DNA from: Bugula neritina
Lineage: Eukaryota; Animalia; Bryozoa
Assembly: GCA_964035545.1 (NCBI GenBank)
Contig: OZ037766.1
Location: 14,312,722-14,376,721 of the forward strand
Length of the DNA stretch: 64,000 nt
Reading direction: 5' to 3'
Shown here: piece by piece, positions 28,490 to 40,100 of the stretch
How the letters are laid out: the number at the start of each line of letters is the position of its first letter
How positions within the stretch are numbered: position 1 is the stretch's first letter
Program-made: the position numbers and the translations under genes
Notes under the pieces: model-generated
What the model was told of the DNA's origin: nothing
Databases searched by the model: none
What the model saw: only the letters and a program-made list of their open reading frames with translations

Positions 28490-31356
28490 CTAAATCAGTG
28501 AGTCAAGCAGGAACTGCTTCAAGGCCACCGCAAACTCACTCCTACTTCGTATCTCCCTCAGATGTTTTGGGAGGGAATTCCAGGCGTCGGCCATCTGATA
28601 GGTAACCTGTCTATGGCCAGTAGTGGAGAGTGGCAAGGGGAGACTGAGAGGAGCATGTCTGGTTGGGTAGGGAGGAAGGTAGTTAGATGCTAGGCGTAAC
28701 GAAAATTCAGAATGGGCAAGTAGACAAATTCGAAGTTTATAGAGTTCATAAATTGGTAATATTTTAGATTCTTTATATAAAGGTGCTGCGTGAAATCGAG
28801 GTAGTTTGTGAAAAATTATACGAAGTAGTCTATTTTGAATAGTTAAAATTTTATCTAGGTAAATGGATGGAGCATTGCCCCAGGCTTTTAAGCAATATAC
28901 AATTTTACTATTTATTAGGCTATTATATAATAGAATTAAAACTTTGCGAGGTAGGAAGGTGGAAGCTACATAGATCAGTCCCAGATTTTGGTGTAGTGTA
29001 TTTCGAAAGTTTTCAATATGGGTAGCCCAATTTAAATTTTTATCAATTGTGATTCCTAGAAATTTGATTGATTCTGCATTGTTAATTTCGGTATTGTTTA
29101 TAAAAAGAGGTTGGGAGATATGAAATTTATTTTGCGGATTCTTAATAATAATAAAATTTGTCTTTTCGATGTTGAGGGTTAATTTGTTTGTGAAGCACCA
29201 GATCTTTATTCTTTCAAGATTTCTATTTATTGTTTGAATTTCGTCATCAAGATTTTTGCTATGAAAAAAAAGATTTGTGTCATCGGCAAATAAGATGGTG
29301 TTAAAGAGTTGCGCACTTTTAATTAAGTCATTTATATATAGTAGGAATAATGTAGGACCTAAAATCGAACCTTGCGGTACCCCACAACTGATCTTTAGTG
29401 GAGCTGAGGTAACATTGTTTAGGAAAACGCATTGAGTTTGGTCACTTAAATAGTGCTGTATTAGTTTGAAAGACTCGTTAGAAAAAATTACACTACTCAG
29501 TTTTTTAGTGAGAATATGGTGATCTATTGTATCGAAAGCTTTTGAAACGTCTATAAAAATTCCAAGGACAACCAAACTCGAATTTAGGGCGGAAAACGCA
29601 TTATTAGCAAATTTAATCGGGGCATCGTGAGTTCCCTTCAATTTTTGGAATCCGTATTGGGAGCTTGATATTATTTGTTCATCATACAAATGATTTTGAA
29701 TTTGGGTGTTGATAACTTTCTCGTAAATCTTTGAAAAAATAGGTAGGATCGATATAGGTCTATAATTATTTAAAGATAACTTATTTCCTTTATGTTTGTA
29801 TATAGGCAAAACTTTGGCGCTTTTCATTTTAGATGGTACGATACAGCTAAGGATAGAGTTGTTTATTATGTGTGTGAAAGGGGCCGCAAGAAAATCAGCA
29901 CTATCTTTGACTAGTCTAGGAGCAATTCCATCTAGGCCTTCCGCTTTGTGCTCATTTATATTTTTCATCTGCTTTAAAACATCATCCTCATCAACAATTG
30001 AAAATTCAAATTTTTTAATGTCTTCTGTGAAGTGTGTTGCAGGGCTACTACATATTTCCGGGATTTTTTTAGCTAGATTGGGGCCAATTTCAGTAAAATA
30101 TTTGTTAAAAGGATAAGCTATTTCTTTAGAATTTGTGACAATGCTTGAATCTGGTAGCTGGATTTTATTGAGAGCTTGTTTTGGCTTGTTTTTACGGCCT
30201 AAAGCTGTGTTGATGGTGTTCCACAGCTTTCTGGGATCTGATGATTGTTTTGATATTACAAGCTCATAATAATTTGCCTTGGCTTTTTTCATCAAGCGGG
30301 AAACTTTGTTGCCCTGTTTTACATAACAAGAATTCAGTTTAGGGCTGAACGGAAATGATTTATGCTTATTAAAAAGTGCATTTTTTTCTTGATATGCTTC
30401 AACAGATTAGGCGTCATCCAGGGGTTTTTGTACAGTGTTTTGACAGTTGGGTCATGCTCCACAATTGGAGCAACAGAGTTAAACACTTCGGAGGTTTGTG
30501 CTAAAAAATTATTGTAAGCTGTTTCAACACATGGAATGCTAAAAATCAGCTCTTCCCAATTTGTTTTCCCAAGTATTTCATGTAATTTTTCTGGTTTATA
30601 TTTTTTGTAACACCTCTTATATACTTGTGTAGATTTTTGATTTTCAAATTTGTCAAAAATGGCGAATACAGGAAGGTGATCTGACGTGTCTTTTAGAATA
30701 GTTCCAGATGTGATATTGTGAGAGTAGAAATTAACTAGGATGTGATCGATACATGTTTGAGAAGTTTCTGAGATGCGAGTGGGGACAGTAATCAGGTTGT
30801 AAAAGTTATATTGGTGAATGATATCAAGGTAGTCGGCTGAATTAGGACTGAAGGTGTTAATGTTAAAGTCACCAGTGATGATATGATCATGCCTCTCTAT
30901 TTCCCGGGTGACCATATACAGGTTTAGATCTGTAAGAAACCTACCGACATCCGAACCTGGAGAACGATAGATAGATGTAAGAATGAGCAACCTCTCACCA
31001 GTCCCAGCAATCCTCAACGACACAACCTCCGCGCCAGCGAGCTCCACTGGAAACGTCTCCATGACCGCCAGGCTATTATGCACGTAGACCCCCACGCCTC
31101 CACATTTAGTAGGACGACTGTCACCTACAAATACATAATAGGGAATCGGAAAGAAAGAGTGTTGGTAGTCATATAAAAAAGTTTCACTTAAGCATATAAT
31201 GTGAAAAGGGGATTTGATGTCTGACAACAGTTCAAGAAGACGATTAAAGTTTTTTTTGATGCTGCAAATATTGCAATGTATAATACGAAAACCTTTACTT
31301 ATATTGGTATTAAATGAATCAACAGTATAACTCATACAGTCAGGAATAGCAGCCAT
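28490..31356 (-). pseudogene. LINE ORF2 (AP endonuclease + RT) with one frameshift
   Basis: APE motifs HCNI, LSET, GGVGVY, GDFN, IDHI, SDHLPV; RT motifs YRPISIL, GVPQGSILGP, FADD, KFLG. Frames join across the A7 run at 30381-30387. Confidence 0.87.
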
Positions 31357-31409
31357 ATCGAACAACAAATTTTTACAACTTTTCAAGAAAGATTAGTTAA
31401 TTACGGCTT

Positions 31410-32114
31410 CTAGCTGCTATTCTTCAATGCAATCAATTCACTTTCGTTATTTATGCGGATAGCATTTGAGTTTTGATCTTTATGTATATAAACTTTCTGG
31501 TTTACAGTCCATACAAATTTGTACTGAAGTTCTTCCTTAAGCTTTCTAGCTTTGTAAAACAGATTACGGGTTTCAAAAGAGAGAAGTTCATTTACATATA
31601 CTTTGTAAGAACAATTCCGGAATCCTAAGGAGGCTGCAGTGATATCGTGCTTCTCTTTAAAAGCAGATAAGAAAGCATCTCTTTTGTGGCTTTGCATAAA
31701 ACGGATAACAATAGATTTCTTGCTTTTATTTCGATAGGCTAGGTCAATGTTGTTATTGTCCATAGATATTGTTTTCAGCTCAGCCAATTTAATCACAATA
31801 TCATTAAGCTTTTCCTCAGAATCGTGAGGTATGCCTTGGATCTCGATTGATTTTCGCAAAGAGTTTAGTTCAAGATCATGAACTTTTTTTACTGTAGACA
31901 GAAATTCTCTTCTAAATACTTCGACTTTGTCCTTGAGTTCACCAACCTCCTCTGTGTGGTACTCCAAACTGTGCTCGATGCTATTTACTTTTGTCTCAAC
32001 GGTTTCGATTCTTTTGTTAATGGATTTTAGTTCGGCAAGGATTTGTTGATACATTGCTGTAGTGTCGGTTTCAGCCTCTGAGCCAGTTTGTTGCTTTCCC
32101 TTTGGAGGAGCCAT
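31410..32114 (-). CDS. LINE ORF1 protein (coiled coil + RRM + CTD; L1-ORF1p/baculovirus FP25K-like), 234 aa
   Basis: Heptad region, IEIQGIP, IVIRF, VYVNELLS, YKFVWT; directly upstream of ORF2. Confidence 0.8.
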   Translation of the reverse strand: MAPPKGKQQTGSEAETDTTAMYQQILAELKSINKRIETVETKVNSIEHSLEYHTEEVGELKDKVEVFRREFLSTVKKVHDLELNSLRKSIEIQGIPHDSEEKLNDIVIKLAELKTISMDNNNIDLAYRNKSKKSIVIRFMQSHKRDAFLSAFKEKHDITAASLGFRNCSYKVYVNELLSFETRNLFYKARKLKEELQYKFVWTVNQKVYIHKDQNSNAIRINNESELIALKNSS

Positions 32115-32279
32115 ATTAGCATGTAATAAACACTTACCCAGTTTGGGGGTGGTTCATAGAGATCTCTCCACCCCTGTCACTATCCAGGCTTGAAGGCGGT
32201 ATCCAGCAGTATTCTTGATATAGATTATTTGAAATATTGTGCACTAGGAATAATGTTAAATTTCTATGATTCAATATAG

Positions 32280-33180
32280 CTGGTACTAGTTCCCGTTTTG
32301 CATTAGTAAAGCATGAGACACCTTGTCAAAAGCCTTCTTAAAATCAAGTACCACAGTGTGTGTTGTTTTCATGGTTTCCTTTGTTTTTCTAGTTCGTGGT
32401 ATGTGGCGCAAAGTTGTGGAGGAAGTCATTTAGCTTTTGGTTCAAATAATGAAATACAATGTGTTCCATCATTTTGCATAGGATACTAGTAAATGATATG
32501 GGGTGACAATTACTTGCTGCCAGCTTATTTCTGCTTTTGTGCACTGGGGGGACATATACAGGCTTTCGCTGGGCAGTTAGCTTTCTCGAGTCAATTGAGG
32601 TTTGGAATATCTGTTTTAGGCATATGGCTGACATCATGACATCCACAAGTAGATGTGGTTTGCGGATTTCATCGGGTCCTGCAAACTTTCCATTTGATAA
32701 ACTATATCAATTTAATAAGACTTTCAGTAGTTATCTCTATAGGGGCTGCAGCAGTTGTTTCTAGTTGGAGAGTGTTTGAAAGTAGCTGTTCTTTACAGAA
32801 TTTATTTTGGAAATATTTGTTTAAAATCTTTGCACACTCTGTCTCTTCTTTATTAATTTTTTCTTGTGAACTGATTAAATGTATACTGAAATTTGACCTG
32901 ATATTTTAAGGTGCTTGTAGAAAGGTTTAGAATTATCTCTTTGAAGTGTTTTGCATGATTTTTCTACTAGATGTTCTCTTTTTTTTGTTGACATTCTATT
33001 TTACTAATTCTTCTTTTTGCATGGTATTCATGCAGAAAACAATGTGTCGCCAGTCTCTATACCTTTTCCAGGTTCTTCTGCATTTGTGTATGTTTTCCTA
33101 TCTATCCATTTTGGCCAGCTATAGTTTTTGGTTATAGCAATTTTGTTGGGATTTTGTCTTTTTGGGCTCTGGCTAATCCT
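32280..33180 (-). mobile_element. Decayed LINE RT, 5' part (continuation of 27390-28320)
   Basis: PISFTSILCKMMEHIV and VVLDFKKAFDKVSHALL end where the left piece resumes. Confidence 0.72.
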
Positions 33181-33724
33181 TGAACAATATTACTATATAT
33201 GTGTGTATATTATTATATGTATAACTATTAAGCAATAATTATTTGTATGTGTTAAGGATTATAATATTTAGTTTTATTCACAATCATATTGCGATGGTAA
33301 TTGCCCCTTCGGCAATGCATGCCTGTCGTGTGACAGCCAGCTAACTGCAATTATTGTTATTGTTACTACTATAAGTACATCAATACTCAAAATACCACAG
33401 CATCATATGTCTACATTATATACATAATAATACTCATAATCATATTGCTATATGAGTATGCTATGCAGTAATTGTGGGTTGGTATCTCACTTTGTAAGGC
33501 ACAACCTCGAATAAAGCATTAGTAATAGTTATATAATAGTATAAATAGTAAGCTTTGACTTTGTCATAACATTTAATATAACTATAGCATGTTTATAGAT
33601 ATTAGTTTATATCACATTGTTTTGAATAAACTTAAAGCAATGATCCGTGAGCTATTAAATTTCCATGTTGTGTATATTTACTTTTAAGGCTGACACAGTT
33701 CAACTGGAATTTTGAAAAAGAAAC

Positions 33725-36700
33725 ATGTGGAAGCTGGTTAGACTACAGTACATCTCTAAAACTTTTACATCACAGAAATGTTTAGTAGAGGCTGTTGCTC
33801 TTCCAGTTACTAAGTCTAAACTGTGTGCGTATTCCACGCAGCGACAGAATGATGATCATAAACAAATAAATGAAAGCGCCTTCTCTACTCAAACTTTCCT
33901 AAGGTATAAACGACATCTAGTAGTTGCTGGACTATTGGCTGGAACAATTGCTGTATATGAAAAGTGGAAAAAGAAATTTAATGATATCAGCATAGTCCCA
34001 AAAGTCTATGCTGTGGGAGATTCTGGTGACAAGTCTACATTTGGGCTGCGGGAGAAATTTAATTTCATAGCTGATGTTGTGGAAAAAGTATCTCCTGCTG
34101 TGGTTTGCATTGAGAGCAGGTGAGCTATTGATTTATCTAGCTTAGTTATTATAAAAGGTGTGGTAGCGAATAATTTTTTCAAAGTTTCTTTCTATTGTTA
34201 AAATATACCCTTTTCAGAGGTCCCTAATGGCCCCCTTACAATTGAGAGTTGTGTCCTTCCAAAATAAACGTAAACTTGAGCTCAGTAACCAAAACCACAA
34301 AAATGCTCTCAAGTTTATTTTCTCCTAAATTTTTCATAAAAAAATATTTTTAAAGTTAGTTTTGCAATGCTAATATGTGTGCTTATAACAAAAGATCCAT
34401 CTCGTAAGAGAACAATTCTATATCATAATTAGAATTTTAAGTAGCAGCCAAACTTTAAATTTTTAATGAGTTTGCTCTTTATACAAAAGTTCAACTAATT
34501 CACTTTGAGAGGACACAACTCCTAATTGCAAAGGGGATATCAGGGACCTCTGAAAAGAATATATTGAAGAAACAGTACCATCATGTATGTTATGATTTTA
34601 GCTCCTTATTTCGTCAAGGTGCTGGTTCAGGCTTTATTGTCAGCCCTGATGGTCTTATTGTAACAAATGCTCATGTTGTTCAGTCAGCTCGTCACGGTGA
34701 AGTGCAAGTCAAACTTTCAGATGGTAAAAAACACACAGGAAAACTACAAGTTTTAGACTCGGCTAGTGATTTGGCTTTAATTAGAATTAATGCTGTAAGT
34801 ATTAATTTTATGATCTTAGTATCCTTTATTGTGGAGGGTGAAATGCTTATTTAATCAGTGAATATGTTTTCTGTTCTGTTGATAGTGTTTTGTTTGCTAG
34901 AAATCTAGAGTATTGTAGGTATTTTTCTGTCCCATTTATGTGATTCTCCATCATTTGTCTTAGGTCAATCTGCCCACAATAAAATTAGGAAACTCACAAT
35001 CATTGAGGCCGGGTGAGTATGTCGTGGCTCTTGGGAGTCCCTTGACCCTCTCCAACACTGTAACATCTGGTATAATCTCTTCAACAGCTAGGAATAGCAA
35101 AGAGCTTGGTCTACGTAATGGTATAAACTATATTCAAACAGATGCACCTATCACAGTAGGTATTTAAAACTATATATTTGGTTTTATATTTTTCAAGTAA
35201 CTGGTCACTGCTCAAAAAATGTCTCGGTATTATGATAATTTGAGTCCTTGGTTTACTATTGAGAGTAACGGAAACGCTGACAAGCATGTATATAGTTGGT
35301 GTACAAATGTTTGTGTTTTAAATTCCTTGGAGCATTGTCAATATATTTAAGAATAGTTTTGGGTGGTTATAGGGCCAAATCAAAGTCAATGATTGGTAAT
35401 ATTTTCCGATAGCATACCTGCCAATATAGTATGTATTTTTGAAGCACTGCATTTGGTTGGCATTTATTTAAAACAAACTGTGATGAGGCTGATTATAAGC
35501 CGCTATTGAAAACATTCCCTACTCTATACTAGCCACTCTTGGTTTATTTTAGCTTTACGTGACGTATACTGTGCATATGTGTCGGAACTAAAACATGATT
35601 GCCTTGTAACTAATGCTTAGGATCAAGTGCAGTAAATCTGATCTGGGGTATTTCTAATGAACGTGTTTATAGTTTGGTAACTCCGGGGGCCCTCTGATCA
35701 ACCTAGATGGTGAGGCTGTAGGCGTAAACTCGATGAAGATAACAGATGGTATTTCATTTGCCATTCCTTCAGATGATGTCAAGAAGTTCCTCGCCAAAGC
35801 TGACCAATACAAACAAGAAAGTACGTGTCTCCCAAAAGCTAACTTATTTGACTATTGACTTGTTTGTCCGCTGATGCGAGTTTTGTACTGGTTTGTATAA
35901 CATTGAAGTACATAAGATACTTGTGCAGAAGCTCAATACACTGGCATATTTCTTATTATAAAATGGCATTTAGGAGTTATGATCTAGAAACCGTTTGATC
36001 TTGTTATAATTGTTTAGTTAATCCAATCAGTGATTTAGATGTTGCACCCTATTGTAGAATTAACATTGAACAAGTCAAGGCCACCTTACATTGGAATCAT
36101 GTCATTGACCTTGACACCTAACATAGCAGCACAACTCAGAAGTAGACCTGAGATTATTAACCTAGATATTGATCATGGTCTGTTTGTGGCAGAAGTAAAA
36201 CGTGGCTCTCCTGCTTGCCAGTAAGTAGCAAGATTCAATAAAAAAGCTAGTTAGATACAGATATTTTTACTCCTTACCTATAACTTATTTTCAAGCACAA
36301 TTACAAAACTGCAATGTATTCAATAATGCAGGGATTCCAAACATTTGTTGTAACTCTTATGGAAATTGCAGACTGCTTCCTTATGCTACCTCAGTTGTCT
36401 CTCCACTACAGCTAAATTTCATCACTGATTTTAAATGTATGTTGGTACCTTGTTACAGTCAAGCACAAACATGAAGCGCAAAATACGCAAGTTCCCATAA
36501 CAAATTATATAAACAAGTAGCCATGATTTACTTTTTAAATGGCTAACATTGCTTTATATCAGGGCCGGAATTAAGAAGTATGATGTAATAATGAAAATGG
36601 ATAATTTTGTCCTGAATGACTATGAAGATCTAATTCGTGCTATTAAAGACAAACAGATGGTCAAGTGTACTGTTAGAAGAGAAGGCAAAGATCTGGAAAT

Positions 36701-36731
36701 ATATGTGAAACCTCGATATCCCACTGACTAA
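33725..36731 (+). CDS. HTRA2: Mitochondrial serine protease HtrA2/Omi, 6 exons, ~419 aa
   Basis: Exons 33725-34119, 34602-34794, 34964-35155, 35673-35820, 36058-36220, 36563-36731. Basic presequence, TM segment, [45 protein letters not shown] (YIGI...AGIKKYDVI); no IGFBP/Kazal domains. Confidence 0.92.
34205..34562. mobile_element. Old MITE in HTRA2 intron 1
   Basis: ~60-bp imperfect inverted repeats (CTTTTCAGAGGTCCCT...AGTTGTGTCCT / AGGACACAACT...AGGGACCTCTGAAAAG), TA-flanked. Confidence 0.7.
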
Positions 36732-37151
36732 AATCTAAATATCAATTGCAACATTTAAAATTGTTAAACAGCTTGTTGTAATAGACCTGTACAAAAATTT
36801 CAGAGAATTGCTTGATATATTTATATTTTAAACCAAAATTTATTTTATGATAATGAGATTTAGAGTGTTAAAAAATGTTTTAGTCTGAATTATGAAGTAA
36901 AATATTAAAGAAATAAACTATTTTTATAATAAAATGTAACACAAGATTATCCCACATTTTACTACCTAACTAAATGCATAGTACAGCTTCTACAGTGCAT
37001 ACAAAACTACATACCAAAACTGATGCCTATAAAAATAGTCTGTAATTATAAAACAGTAAGTAAATGACTATTGGTAACACTAAAAGGATAAAGTAAATTC
37101 TGCTTATAAAAATGAGATACTGACTAGATAGAGAATTGTAATGAAATCAAA

Positions 37152-40100
37152 TTAAAACTCCCGAGGTAGGTAATTCCAATCTATAGGTTGCTTCTGATGT
37201 GACTTCAAATATGTATTTGCCTTAGAAAAATGACTGCATCCAAAGAAGCCTCGGTAAGCTGCGAGGGGAGATGGGTGCACAGCTTTTAAAACTAGGTGCT
37301 TCTTCTAAATGATAAAGCATAATCTTGTAACTATAGGGAAGTTGTGAATAGTGGGGAAACCTTACAAATACACTGAAAATTAAAAGCTTCAATGCAGAAA
37401 ATATTTTGCCAACAGGAAAGAAATACCTACATTTTTATAATAGCTTGTTGAAACAAAAGCCAAGTAAATTTTGAAAATATTTTAGCAAATTTATTGAGCA
37501 ATACTAATCAACTAGGCTGATAAAATCAAGATATTATCATGAATGGACACTAACAAGCATAGTCAGCCCCATCTGAAACTCATTAGGTTAAACTTGAAAA
37601 GCTAAAGCTGCTATTGATAGACTGCCATGTACTTAGATAGTGGATTATTCCAGTCAAACTCACATTAAATGTCACAGTGGATTTTGATATCATAAGTTAA
37701 CAAAAAGAGGTATTGCATCTACAAAACTTCAACTTGTACAAATTATTTTCATTTTGTATTTCAACAAGCTGTCGCTGTCAGAAGTCTATTGATTTTAGAA
37801 AAAACGGTACATGTCAAAATGGGGAATCAACTATATAAACTACAACACTATCGCAAGTTTACCAATTTACACATTATTTACAGCTTTCCAAGTTAAAGGA
37901 TTGCTCTATCTTAGTTTATTACAATCACATTATAATTATGAACTATAATCTAATGTGTATGCAAACAATTGTGACTTTGCAAAGGGATAGATGCCTAGAA
38001 AACAGCTTTTCAAAATTCCAATTTTGAGGGAGGTAAAATTTTCAGCCATGAAAAAGAATAGCCTAATACGTGACGTGTGAACGCCAGTAACTATGCTGCA
38101 CGTGCTAACTATAACGCTAGTATTCAAGGTTGCTGAGCGCAACATCAACCAATAACGCTCAAGCAGTTACAGTGCGCTATATAGGTCAGCTTTGGTGCGT
38201 CCGTAATATTGCACAATCTGACCTAGTTTAGATCGATCGGCAGGCATTTATCCTAAAGAATGCATGTTTTTGCAATGCTTTTTTCTATGCTTACAAGCAA
38301 AATATGGCCTAATGTTATCACATACATGTTATTTAACACGTCAAAAAACTATAGATTGAAATAATTCACATTTGCACTTCTATAAATATACAAATTACGA
38401 GCTGAAAGATCACATCTTAAGTCATATTTCTATAGTTATTCATTTGTATAGTCACGTGACCAGCAGGAATGCTGGCGCTGTTACGTCACAGTTCCCAGCT
38501 CATTTCAAAATCGGCGTTTTGGCTGTTACCAATCTACACCCTCAACTTCAACTAACTTTTTCTACCTTTGGTCAAATGCTTTTTGTCAATGCATGCTTAG
38601 AAAAACACAATATTATGTGTGTTTGACCTAAATGGCCATTTATTAGACAAGATAGAGCAATCCTTTAAACTAATACAACTCATCAAAAATGCCACAAAGT
38701 AGATTTTTGAACGAAATCATGTAAAATGAACTATAATTCTTTTTTATAGCATCATATCAGGACTATCTTTATGTTTACAAACATGTTCTCACTTCGCCCC
38801 AAAAGAATGTATATGAATCACATGAAACTTAGTTGTAACATGAATACCTGATTGATGCGAGATCCTTTCTTCTGAGCATAGGAGCCCCAGAGCATAAAGA
38901 CTAGATGAGATGAGTTAGCATTGAGATAGTTGATGACAGTGTCTGTAAGTTCTTCCCAGCCTTGATCTTTGTGGGAGTTAGGTGTTCTTGCCCTCACTGT
39001 CAACACCGAATTCAGCAGCAGAACACCTAATTGGAAAGCGATAATATGAATAATTTTTAATGCAATTTTCTAACTGGAAACTGATAGAACAGATGTACCA
39101 TACCTTGAACAGCCCAACCCATGAGATAACCGTGATCAGGAGTTTGAAAACCTGGTATATCAGTAGCTAGTTCCTTGTACATGTTCAGGAGACTTGGTGG
39201 TGGATCTACACCAGGCAAAACACTGAAGCACAAACCTACAACACCAATAATTTTATTTAAAAAGAGAACACTTTGGCACTAAAGCATAATAGCATATCAT
39301 AGTAGAATGTTATTTTTACCATGTGCTTGGTTGGGGCAGTGATATGGATCTTGACCCAGAATAACAACTTTTACAGACTTCAGGTCACATGCTGTAGTCC
39401 AAGAGAATACATCTTTCACTTTAGGGTAGATGGTATAACTATTTCTCTCTTTCTCAACAAAGCTGTTTAGCTATTGATCAAAGAATAGGAACATGTGTTT
39501 TTTTGTAAATAAGGTTGTATTATGAGCAATCCCTACATACACACTATACCTTAGCACCCATGCCTTCACTTGACTCAATTATGATAACTTTGAGTTGCAA
39601 TATAGTAAGTTGCTGAGCAATCTCAACACACCTGCTTAAAATACGGCTTCCCAAACTCTTTTTCAATTGCTGGAAGCCACGTTGTGCCAACTTGATATGT
39701 CGAACATAAGGTTTTTGTCATTGTTGGGAATTTCTTCAGGTACTTCATATTGGTGTTTGCTGAATTTTCTTTAGAACTATTTTCATCTGCCTTCACTTTC
39801 TTTGGTTCCTTCAAACAATATCACAATGAATAAAGAGGGTTGAAAATATTTATGAAGGTCGTGACTCTGAAATAAACTGCCATTTACATGAAAAATATAG
39901 CTTCAGTATTTACATTAGGTAAAATAACTAACATGTATTTGAAAGATTAAACAAATGCTAATTTTTATTAGAAGTTTACCCTTCATCAATGAGTTTCAGT
40001 GGCTCTATAAAGGAACGGCTCTAAACAATGATTAAAATAAAACTTGGTACAATTTTCCAGAAAAAATACACCAAAGAATAGCGCCAGGTCAAATCATAAC

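Larger units (their letters stand above)
28321..32279 (-). mobile_element. Near full-length CR1-group LINE (Crack/L2-like): ORF1, APE-RT ORF2, (CAAA)n tail
   Basis: ORF1 31410-32114, ORF2 31356-28490, 3' UTR stem-loop 28409-28452, tail 28322-28346; splits an older LINE RT. 5' boundary approximate. Confidence 0.87.

Noticed and set aside
33291-33340. Two small hairpins (ATTGCC/GGCAAT, CTGTC/GACAG)
   Set aside because: Too short to assign; no second copy in the window.
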